From NCBI GenBank assembly GCA_965153455.1, contig OZ234493.1, positions 10,220,213 to 10,284,212 of the forward strand: 64,000 bases of DNA, in the 5' to 3' direction. The stretch is from Sphagnum compactum (taxonomy: Eukaryota). The notes beneath the pieces are model-generated. The model was not told the DNA's origin. It was given only the letters and a program-made list of their open reading frames with translations, and did no database searches. Shown one piece after another: positions 49,010 to 61,100 of this stretch; position 1 is the first letter of the stretch; each line of letters opens with the position of its first letter. Position numbers and translations under genes: made by a program.

Positions 49010-51668
49010 TAATTGTGAATGAAAGGGTTGATTATAGCCCCAATGTCGTCAAGTTAGGAGGCTATCTGAATGAAAAACCCACAACAATTTTGATTTATCC
49101 AATCAGATTGACAACTTTCCTTATTCCAAATCATGGTAGATAGATGTGGACTGGAACCAATTGTTGACAAGACCACTACTACCCTACTACTCCTGGGTGG
49201 AATTATTGGGACCATGAATGGTCGAAAGAAACCTCATGATTAGGGGCACTTGTTTTGTATGGAAAACAAAGAGAATAGGCACAAATGCATGGGCTACAAA
49301 CATCTAAACAAAATCATTGTGAAGCATAAATTTTTTCATTCTAATTTTGTATCAAAGACAAAAGATCCTTGTAACATGGGGAGAATGTCACATAGGTCAT
49401 GTTTGTGGAAGAAGCTGGGATGGATGTTATAAGTGACATGGAATGTGGAAAAGTGTGTCCACAAAGCATACAATGATGTTAATCTTGGTGGTGGCAAAGA
49501 TTGGAGATTTGTAATTGAATGGTGTGTTTTCAATGTGCATATGGAAAGTCTTAAAAAACTTTTAAAGTCACACGGATTATGAAAAGTCAGTTTTCTTTGG
49601 GTTGAGGTTGTGAAGCCTTGAAATGTAGTGTGAGTAGCATGAAAAGAAGAAAAGAAAAGCGTAAAACAAGGACTTGAAGAATGTGATCTTTCAAAAACAA
49701 AATGTGCGTGAAAAACTCCTTGCTTAGGATTAAAAGATTTCAAAATTTGAAGATTCGAAGATAGAAATACCAAACATAAATCATTCTCTGTTTAAGCAAA
49801 TCAAAGATAAAAGTTTGAAAACTAACATTTTCTTTTCTTAGGGCCAAGCTCATCGTTTGAGCTATGAACCACTCTTTTTTGAGTTGCAAAGCTATAAGTA
49901 CTAGTAAAAATAATTACTGATAATTCCAATTCAGTACAATTTTAAATATTGGGATCCAGATGAGGTTTATTAATCATGCAAATGCTTGCATATTTTGGAT
50001 GAAAATACTTGTACAAAACATCAATATTCAGGCCTTTCAAATCTTGGAAATTGAAACACTGGGACTCAAATAGTTTGTATCATTAGAAATTTCAATCAAG
50101 ATTTGGAACCTAAATAGGTTAGAACTCTACATAAGAAGTTACAGAATCAAAAGTTTGCAGCAATTGGGGAGGTGATATGGTAACATCAGCAATGCAAAAA
50201 CTCAATGAATTGATGAGTTAATTTACTTCTGAGGGCTCTTCAAAAACACATTCTTTCTAAAAGGATACATAAACTTCTGACATATTGACCACATACAAGT
50301 CATTGACCACCAACCATATTGATAATTGCTATATTAAGGAGTTTAGCATTTAGAAACTTCCCTAATAGAACTTCAATAAATAAAAATAGAATTGGCCATG
50401 TATATAATAAACTTTGGCTTCATGGGATTTTGTGGACCTTCCAAGATGCACAAAGGAAAAGTAAAATGAAAGTCACACTTTGCTAAACTTCTTAGTAGCA
50501 TTGAATGAGCTACTATGCCCACAATCCTGCAAATCTTTTTGTGCAAACAATATCAAAAGAATGTTGTAATCTCTAAGAATCAATGTAGCGCATGAATTGG
50601 TGAATAAACTCTACAAAGACTAAAACTGTCAAGATCAGATCTCTTGACAAAACCAAAGACTTCCGGTCTCTTTTAGGACTCAAGATTTCAGATTCCATGC
50701 ACCACTAGGAGCTCTTCTTACTTAAGATAAATTTGAAACTGCTTGTAACCTGGGCTTCCTGAAAAGACAAACCATGCAGAGAAGACCTTAAATTGAGAAA
50801 AATATCAGTAAAATTGAGGTTTGAAAGAATGTCTAGCCCAGTTGAGATTATATGAAAAGGTGAGGATTAATAAAACTTGGCAAATTCAAGATGCACAATC
50901 AACGTTCAAAAATGTCAAGACCTATGAAAAATCTCTACATTAAAGTATTATTGACCTAAAGATTGATCATACACCATGAAAATCTTCCCAACATTGAAGA
51001 AGATGGCCCACTCCCATTAGAAAAGATGTTCAGTACAAATGAGAAAACTACAAATTACATGAACATTGATAAACATGCTGCCCTCCAAATACACTAGGAG
51101 ATTTCTCTGAGTTCTTCACCTAAATAAAAGATAGTTTGGAAAATGGGCAATCATAACAAATATTTGCAAATGGCAAAGTGAGTGGAAAAGCCCCATCTGT
51201 CCTTCAAATGGGTATATTGTTGAACAAGCAAATCAATGAATTGAGAAAAAAGGATAGGTCAGGCACTGAGCTGATGATTTGACTAAGAACAGGTGCAATA
51301 AAAGTGAAGTAAAAGGATTACTTACTACTTTGGACTAAAATGGTTCAAAGACTGGGAACACACATTTCATTTATGTGTACAACAGATGCACCACCACCAT
51401 TGTAAACCATATATTCACATAAGGACAAGATGAATGAAAAATTACTAACACAGCCCAAGATAGATAACTACAGATCTGACAATGAAGTATTGTAACCTTA
51501 CCCAAAAAACGCCCAGACAGAATTGCACCATGGAATATGGAAGGAAGCCTGTCTCTAAATCATAAAAGATTGCATATTGAAGTAGGTGCTCTCTTTCCCT
51601 TTGCCATGTTTTTCTCATTCTGAGAGAAAACTAGTTTGGTACAGAGAGAATTGATCAACATAAGACTT

Positions 51669-54333
51669 TTATGAATCCTCTTTCACAGATTTTGTGTTGA
51701 AAGACTTGGGTGCCAAAAGTGAGGGTGGTAACCTGGAAGAGATGAACAAGCAGACACACAAAACAAAGGTGGCCAAAAATCCTACCCACCATGCCTGCTT
51801 GGGGATTCCCAACATCACCTCCTCGCACACTGCAACTCAATTCAAAAACCAAGTCACAATGAGCCAAAAGTATACAGGAACTTCTATGAACCAAATGTCC
51901 ATTGAAGGTTAGATTTGGATTTGTTTTCTTCTTGAACATGACTAACAAAGACATCCTAATGCTGATGACCACAATTGAACCTTTGAACTTGCATGGAAAG
52001 TTCTGGAGAAGAATCCACAAATTGCATAATTTGAAGAAAATAATTGGTCCACAGATTGAAGGTCATGTCATATTCACTCACATATGTTATAAATAATGAA
52101 TGGCTGATCTGAGAGTTGGTATTTTGATAAAATGCCTTCTGGATGCACCGTGACTATAACTCTTGCATAATATGTCCCTGCTCTCATCTGATCCAAACCC
52201 ACAGAATTTCACAAGAGCATGATGTGGTCTATGAGTGTCTGCTCATATGTCAAAATTATTTTCATTATCTTCTTTCCTTTAACTGTTTGTTTCACTTGAT
52301 GTCACCCTAATTTTCCAGTCTAGGTTACAGCATTGTTATCTTCAACATTCCTAAGGATCATTTTTTGAAATTTAAAATCGGAAACAAGAACAAAGAAGCC
52401 ACAGAAAATATGTACAAGCAACTGCACATTAGACCTTTATCTGATATTACAAAGAGCTGAAATTCCATTCTAAAAGATTTGCAAGCAAAGGAGATTCAAA
52501 TTAAGTCCATACAATGGAAAAAATCAAAATATATGCAACACAATTGAACTCAAGAGAGAGAGGATCTTCCACATCCATACAACAGGGAAAAAAACCTTAC
52601 TTGTTTGGGAAAAGTGTTGTCCACATGGAACATCAATTTTTCAGTATTGAGTAATTTTCTTGCAGACCCGCGCAAATTAGTCATGCTTTCCCGCACAAGG
52701 GTTATATCGAATCTTGCAGGTATCTGCCAACACATTCAATTACAAATTTGAAGTGACATTCTGTACCACAGAGGCAAGCTCAATGTGATAACCATAGAAA
52801 AACCAAGAGGGTGCTATGTAAATAAGAAGAGATCACTCAATGTATGAAGACCATAGACATATCTCTGCAATTGTAGAGAAATCTCTCCACAGCAACTCTT
52901 TGAAAATCACACAACAATGGGTGCCACAATGAGTGCTATAAAATCTTGCAGGTACCTGTCATAAGACATTCAAAAAAAATACTTATCGTGACATTATGTA
53001 CCATAGAGGCTAGCTCAGATAACTACAGAAAAATCAGGAGGCATGCTAAAGAAATAAAAAGGGATGACCCACTCTATGAAGACCATAGACAAATCTTTTA
53101 TGGTCTAACTAGTTCAACCTCCTCTGCAAAGCAATAGTTATTCTCTACATTCTTTGATTACAGTCAGCACATTGAAGTTTCCCTCGACCATAGTTCTTGC
53201 ATTCCAATTATTGCTATGGTGATTTGGTTTTTTGCAATGGTATGTCATCTTTAAGTCTCTGCTCCTGCACCCAACTGTATGTAACCTAAAGTTGTTGGAA
53301 AAACTTGAAAAACTCAACACCACAAAAATTACTTTGTTGAAGCATGGGTACACGATACAAAACTCAATGTGCTCTACTATGACTGAAGAAGTGTTCACAG
53401 TTGCTCTTTGTAAACCTAAAGTTGTTTGAGAAATTGGAGGTGGAGGTGGAGAGGAGAAACATACAGAGGCAGGGTAAGAAATCTTGATTTCATACCACTT
53501 GCTTAGTTGCAAGCCTCGAACTTCATATTCATAACTGCTCCCTTCCTGTAATGCCAATTTCTCCTTCTTTACCTCTTCCCCCACTCTTAGAATCAACAAG
53601 TCTGGTCTATTTCTGCACAGAAACCATAATAGATGCTTCAGTGCTACTTGGGCTTTGAGCATTAAAAGATCATTTTCTTTTGCCACTATCCTGGTGGAGC
53701 TCATAAAAAATTTCACTACCCAACAACTACGAAAACCGAGGATACTTCAGAAATGAGACTTCAGAAGCTCAGCCTGAATCTCCCCTCGACAGTGCCCAAA
53801 AATTGAACATCAGGGAAAATTTGGTGGTGCACTGGAAATCATCCTCATAGAATCGTGAATTGCAGACACAAAGATTGCATTTCTAGAGTCTTCGTAGCAT
53901 CCCTGAAGAACCGAGTTGAATCTCATACCCGATTCCAAAACCCTAAAACTGTGACCTGTGAAATTTAGCTCAAATCTCAAAATCGGCACAGTGACCCATC
54001 ATCGCGAAGTCATCTGTCGTCTCAATTACAACATTGTAAGGAAAAATTCCACACGAGGATCAAATATCAAACCACAAAATTTGGCCCAAAGACAAGGGTC
54101 AGAAGTTAGGTTTTTAGGTCAGAGCAGAGAGGTCTAATTCCTAGGGTTTGGAGAACTGGAAACAGCACATGAGAACGGAACCCTATTTTCATTTGCTGTG
54201 ATTTTGTTGAGGTCTCTAACCTGTTATTGAACTCCAACCCAAAGGATTCATCAAAGCTGCTTCCCAGGAACAAAGCACACAACAATAGCAGCCTCGTCGA
54301 GGCTCCAGCATACGGATACCGCTTCATCTGCAT
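51669..54333 (-). CDS. Conserved uncharacterised plant membrane protein, ~216 aa (signal peptide, lumenal domain, C-terminal TM helix)
   Basis: Phase-consistent GT-AG exons 54333-54221, 53612-53465, 52723-52601, 52187-52082, 51829-51669. Translation: LLLLCALFLGSS..LRVGEE..WYEIKISYPASIPARF..RKLLNTEKLMF..VTVHPEG..IIYNILCEEVMLGIPKQAWWVGFLATFVLCVCLF. Confidence 0.9.
52755..53097 (+). repeat. ~110-bp diverged direct duplication in intron 2 of the minus-strand gene
   Basis: GACATT.TGTACCA.AGAGGC.AGCTCA...TATGAAGACCATAGACA occurs at ~52755-52865 and ~52990-53097. Confidence 0.7.
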
Positions 54334-54874
54334 GGTGGAACCAAAATGTATACAGCCTCGAATCTGCACCCACTTTCTCCTCTAGTTCATCATCATCGGA
54401 AACCCAAAATTGTAATAGAAGGGAGCAAAATTTGTGTGGTAATCCTTACGGAAACAGAAGAGAGCCACTAGACTTTGTTGCGCACACTCTCTCCCTCTTT
54501 CTCTGTTCGTGTGCTTCACCGTGTGGACTCGACGGAATAGACGAAGAAGACGATGACGACGGCAGAGCGACGGCATCCAAAAAAGAAGATGACAGAACGG
54601 ATGTAAAAGCACTATTCAATCCGTGATTACATCACGAGGTATTATGCTAACGAGGAACCTTGACCATCGATTTCAACTAAGATCAGGCATTCAACTAATA
54701 GAGCTCCTTGGTTGTTACTAGTGTTGTCCGGTTATACTAGTGTTGTTACTAGTGTTGTCTTGGTTCTTGTTGGTTCATGGGGGTGGTTTTGGTTTCCCTG
54801 ACCCAACAAGGTCCTAAATTTATATCTATAACAATGGAATTGGACTTAGGAATGGCCTCGGGGATTTCTATTTT

Positions 54875-55165
54875 ACTGTTCCCAATGTGTTTCATCAAGT
54901 TCCCAAGCAGTTCCCAAAGTGTTCCCCCACGTGGTTCTGAATAACACCTCAAATTTTATCCCATATTGTTTGGCCGCATTTCAACTTCCATTGTATATGA
55001 AATGTAAATGGGTGCCAAAAAGAAGCATATCTATGTTTTTATTTGGGTGAGTGCCTAATGTTCTAGAAAAATTGGTGATTGTTCAATCATGCCGTTCCCT
55101 TCTTTAAAAATACAAGAAAAGATTGAGAGTTAACCCACCATTTAATTAATACAAAGATGAATAAG
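54875..55165. repeat. Dispersed non-coding repeat, copy 2 (same family as 31505-31920)
   Basis: Same ordered motifs as copy 1, in the same orientation. Confidence 0.65.
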
Positions 55166-58100
55166 TACAAGAGTACAATATTGAACAAAGGATAAGTTAT
55201 GGGATAAAATCTTGTGTGTGTGAAGAATTGGGTCTTCCATCAAAAAAAATTTAAATACGTAACTCGGACAAAACCTAGAAGCTCTATCAAAAAAATATTT
55301 AAGTTTGAATTGAGACCAGACTTCTCTTTGGAAGGCAAAGCCCCACAACACTCATTATGAGTGAACAAATTGAGGCATCATTGTAGGCCCTTATTCTCAG
55401 AATGCCCTCACCCAAGGGCTTTACACCTTGTAAAACATAGCAAAAATCATCATGAACCTAGACATACATAAGATCATGTCCCATAGGAGGCCTTACTGTA
55501 CCTAACCCAAACTCTAGAATATATTTTTAATTTGGGAGTACCAAGTTTGTTCTGCCTTCCGTTGTCTAAAGTGGTGCTTGATAAAATCCATTTTTAATTT
55601 GATTGAGTTTGGTCGAATATATTAGACAAAATAATTATCAAGGACTCCTGGGGCCTAGCAGCTACCCTTGCAGTTACAAGCTGGGAGATCAAATTGTTAA
55701 TAGGGGTCATGCAACACCTAAGACATAGCCCTCAAGGCCCACAACACCAACTATAATTAATTAGGACATCTTTCCATTTAGGTGATCACAATAACTTTCT
55801 GATTTTGATGAATGAATTCATTGCGAAGAGGAAAGAAGCAAACATCTTTCTATTATTTTGTTCTAGTTATTTGTGATCATAGTCACATGCTAGCTCTATC
55901 AATCAAACATTGACCAAATGCAAGAGTTGAGAATTAAATTATGACTCATCTGTCTTTGTTGTTAGAGGGAACATGTTTTTAAAATTTTAAATATTGATTA
56001 ACTAAGTAAATTGACATCTATCTTTTTATATATAATGGGAACATGTTTCCATAGTTCTTAGCATTGATTGAATAAATATTTTCAACAAATCAACATCATT
56101 TTAATGGAAAAGCGCATGTCCATACAACACAAAAACAAGGCCTTATCTCAATGGCTTTCTATTAAGTTGTTCTGATCATGGCGCAATGTGTGTAACTGGG
56201 ATCACAACAGCCTAATGGAAAGAGACCTTCAGCGGCACTTCTTCGTTGGATAACGAATCCCGTATACCAAAGTGTGACACAAACTGCAACCCTAAATTCT
56301 TTTAACCCCTAAAGACTTGCAAAAAGTTCACTAGTGTATTTGGATGGCACATTCTAAAACCAGAATTTGACCTCCAAGAAATGCCCAGGGCCTTCTATAT
56401 TTTCAAGCAGTGCTCTTCCACCGAAGGGAAAGCATCTTCCATTTTTTGGGAGATAGGTAGGTATGTGCCTTTTTTTTCACAGCGATCCTCCAATTTTTTA
56501 CCCTTAATAGATATGATCCACCTCGAGATTTCCTGGATAATTTCAAATGCATTTGGCAGATCTTCACATTGGGTAAAGCCCTGGACCTCAGGCCCTTATA
56601 AAAACTAAAGAAACCCTAAACCATAAATGGAAATAAAGCACGAAGTTACCAGAGTGAGCATTAAATTACAAGTAGTACTTAATTTTACATCGCTCTGTGT
56701 GTTAGTTAAGAAAGTAGTTAGTACGAATAGGGGGCGGCCCAAGGGGCGAGTGGGGAGTCGTGTGCACTTGGTACTGTCCGGACCTGGACACAAGTTCCCA
56801 AGATGATCGCTAATCCTAAGTGTACGGGTACCGGGGCGCAGACCCCACCTCCCAACCCTTTAGGGAAAATAACAATAACTTCAAAACAAGAACTTACCTT
56901 GTACGTATGTCGGTACTTACTATCTTGCCTTTTCACTCTTCGTAAAGTCCTGGAGACTATTTTTTTCTAGTGTATTTTCGGGACTACTTACTATCTGCCT
57001 CGATCTGAGCGGGCCCACCACCTCCTCAAAACAGTAACTTCCGTTTTCCAGAAGGCCCTCCTCATTTTCAAAATAGTAACTTCTGTTTTCTGGAATGCTC
57101 TCTCTCAAATTCCTTCCTTTTCTTCGTCTTTTTTTTACCTTTTTTTCAATTTCTTTTTCTTTTCTTGAATCATTTTCCGTTCATTGGGTTTTTTCTTTAC
57201 TCCAGATTACCTCCATGAATTTTTTTTAATATAAAATTTATTATTAATATTCAAACTAGCAATGGATTATTTGCAAAGTTTGAATTTTAAATGACCAATT
57301 TTCACCCCCAAAAAAAATTATAAAGAAAATTCAAATCAGCAATGCTATATTAGCCAACTCAAATTGAAAAGCATGATTTAAATCCCAAAAATTACAAAAA
57401 ATATTCCACATTAAATGCCATGGCCAAAATATTTAAATTTCTAAAAAACTCCTTTGAATTTGTAAACAACATGTAATCTTTGTATTACTACATTTATGTC
57501 CATGTAAAAATCTTTAGAATGAAATCACAAAAAAAACCAAAATTTGAAAATCAATGGATCTCTGAAAAAAATGATATCAAACTACAAAATCATCAATATG
57601 TCAAAATCAAAAGCTAAAATCATGAGCTTTCAAGTTTGTTAAAAAAAACTCAAAAAAAAAAAAGACCAAATTCAAAAATGCAATATATGTCACATTGTCC
57701 ACCTCGTGTCTACAAACTTGGAACTAATTATGCATTCAACACCAAACTTGGAACTAACCTCAAATCAACAACAAGGTTGATGGTGATTGGGCAATTTTGA
57801 GGATGACTAAACACATTATTAGAAATCGAGTTCACATTCATAACCTCAAGCGATTGCCGCCCATCGGAAATAGATTATAGCCATTGTTGGTGCTCATTTT
57901 CAGCATTAAAGTGTTCATTCAAAGCATCATCATCCAAGAAATTTTCCTTGCTTGGATATTGATCTGCATGGACCACCCTCTTATCATGAAAAACATGTCA
58001 CGAGCAACAACCTTGCCAGGGGAAGGAACAACACCATAAGAAGTAACACCCATTTAAGATTGCCCATGAAATAAACAATGGAAGGAGAAACATTGGCAAC

Positions 58101-61100
58101 AAGCTTAAGCTTGCTTGCAAAAGAAAAAACACTAGCAATAACCTTGCCCATGGAAGAAACATTAGCAAAATAAGAAGCATGAATTGGGTTTGATCAAAAA
58201 CACCTTAATCAACAATGTTTTTTTCATAGAGTTATTATCAATAATAGTACATCATTGAGCAAAAACATCAAGAACACCACCATGTCTACCAAGACCAACC
58301 AAATCAACAACATTAACCACATCACCATCATTTGTAACAACCCGCCAAAAAATTATTACAAAAAGAAAACGATAATAATTATGAAAATAAAAAACAAAAA
58401 CCTTTTTAAAAAAAAACATTTTCATTAGAGAATTTCAAATGAACATGAACACCATCACCAAAATTTCAAATGATCTTTGGTGCATGTGTAGGCAAAAATG
58501 AGTCAACAATTGAAATCGCATAATTTTTTTAAAAACAAAAAAAAACAATGAAAAAAATGATGAGAAAAGAACTAAAAATCAAAATTCAAAAATGAAAATG
58601 AGTTTATTTTTTCCTTTTTAAACGTTTTTTTTTTTTTCATTAAAGGCTTCATCATAACAAAAGAGGCAATTGGTTTTTAGCTCCCAACTAATGATGTGTT
58701 GCAAAGCTTTATCTCGTAAGTGCTTGTCAATATAATTGTACCTGCAAAAAAAATCTAGAAGCTACAAAGGTTATTGAAACAAATACAAAACCATAGAAGA
58801 AAATGAAATAATGAAAACACCAACAAACAAAAAATGAAAGCTATAAAAGAGGAGAAATATAAAAAAAAATTAAAATTTCACTTCCTATAAGAAATTAGGT
58901 GTCAATGATTGATCACGTCCATACCATGTTCTCATGGAACCATAGTTTTTTCCATTTGAATGATATTAACACTTTGGCCTATTTCATTTGACATCTTTTT
59001 TTTCAACTTTGGAAAATTTGTTGTCAACTTATCAATAATAAGTTAGAATTAGTTGCATATAATCAAAAACATTATAAGCCACACATCCTTAGTCCTCCAC
59101 CATTTAGGTTTAGTTCGTAAAAATAATGGAGTAAGAAGATCAACCTATGAGCAAGCCAAGAAATAAGCCAATGTTTGGCCAATTTCTTTGAATGTTATAA
59201 TGATGTCTTCAATTAGATAATTGACAATAGGATGAAGGCAATTAATAAAACATTTGGTGATCTCAATGCGCTAGTTTTTGAATATTCCTTGGAAAAATTG
59301 TAAAACCAACCTTACAGGTAATTACACCAAGGAAAATGCCTCAAAATCAACGTTCCTCAATTCAAAACAACTCCAAATGAAAAAAGTCCACATGCAAAAG
59401 TAGTCAAATCTTAAGTTCAGCCTTATTGGTGATTTGACTAACATATTGAATGTTAAAGCATCTTTCACTCTTCTTTAATTAACAACACATCCGACTTCTT
59501 GATAAATTTCCCAAACCAGTCCATGATGACCACAATGTGTTTTCATCACTTGCAAATCTTGACATGATAGAAATGCACATTAGTAAAAATATTGAAAAGG
59601 ATAAATGTTGTTGTACTTCTCTCAACAATGCAATGATTTTATCACCACCTATTCAACCTTTCAATTCCTTTAATCAAAAATTGGATGTGACATTCAAAAA
59701 AAACATTTTAATTAGAAAGGTTATTAAGAGACATCAACATTGTAACAAAAAAATGATAACCCTAAACCTATTTTTTAAAAACTTCAACCAAAAACAAAAA
59801 CCATAAATAACATGATGGCAAAACAACATAATAAATTGGGGAAGGAATTATTAAGAAGAAAAAAAACTAAATTAAAATGGGACAACAATATGTATAAAAT
59901 AGTGATTGATTAAAAGATCATAATATAAAATTGTCAAAAAAAAGAAAAAAAAGCTAAATATGCATGTTGCATATGTGCATGGGAATTGTAAAGCAGTTTA
60001 TGTAAGCATCAAATTATTATTATTTTTACATGCACTAATCTTACCCAAAAGTATGTCATAGATTATTTTAACACATGGTTTGGATCTGATCATGGAGGCA
60101 TGACACCCATGTTTAGGGATGGGCACAACATATTTTAGAAGATTTGGATTATTTTAATGATCACAAACTTATCATGTTTCATAGGTTCATACAAAAATTG
60201 CATAATTTTATGCAAAATTACATCACAGTAATTAAATGTGTTTAGTTAAAATGTAAATTATATGTACTTCACATCAAAACATCATAAGTAGAAAGGACAC
60301 ATCGATTATATATATATGATACAAATTATCAAAAGATATAAACAAAAAAGGCCACGTTTTGTGACCATGCCACTTCATTCATGAGAATTATGGCATTATA
60401 TATACGAAACATTCATTTCGCAAGGGCAAACGGATGATTACACCCAAGAATGATGATTTTTCACATGGAAGATGGTTTAGGCAATTTTATTACATAAATG
60501 GAACATTGGCATGAAAGAATGGTCATGCACACAAATGTTCATAATAAAAAATATCATTCTTCACCCAAAATAGAGACATAAGACTTACATAAAAATAATT
60601 TTAAAAAAAAACTAAACACAAAAACTCAAAAACACAAGAATGAAAGTTAAAATGAACAACAAAATTACACGAGACAAAAAATCAAGGGGCCTAAGATGAG
60701 GCACAAGCAAAGTTAGTTTCACATTTTGAGAAAGTCCTTCATATATTGGAAAACACAAGGTGAATGTTATCATGAACCTATTTAACATACATAAATCAAG
60801 AGGTGTAGGAGTGAAAGTGCGTAAATCCCCTTTCTTTTCTAGAAAATATGTTCACAAATATGTTCAAAGTGGGTTTTGAACCCTCACCTTTGAGCATAAC
60901 AATTATACTAGTATTTTGGTAATCTCACGATGAAATTAATTTCATTTCTGAAATTAAATAATTAAAATTCTCATGTCCTTAATTTTGTAAAAGAATTTAT
61001 TAAAAAATAAATAAAATAAAATAAAATAAGTTTAAGTTTCACATGTACATTAGTTATGTTTAATTTTTAAATAAATTATTAAAATTTAAATCAGTTTTAT

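Noticed and set aside
54432-54626. 64-aa plus-strand ORF with an acidic run
   Set aside because: No ATG start; it is antisense to the 5' region of the minus-strand gene and made of GAC/GAA repeats.
56555-56865. Telomerase RNA or other Pol III snRNA-type gene (USE-like TCTTCACATTGG, TATA at ~56596, AAACCCTAAACC at 56611, G-rich segment)
   Set aside because: The template-like motif would lie upstream of the predicted start on +, and is in the wrong orientation for the G-rich minus-strand start. The USE-like word overlaps a decayed exon.
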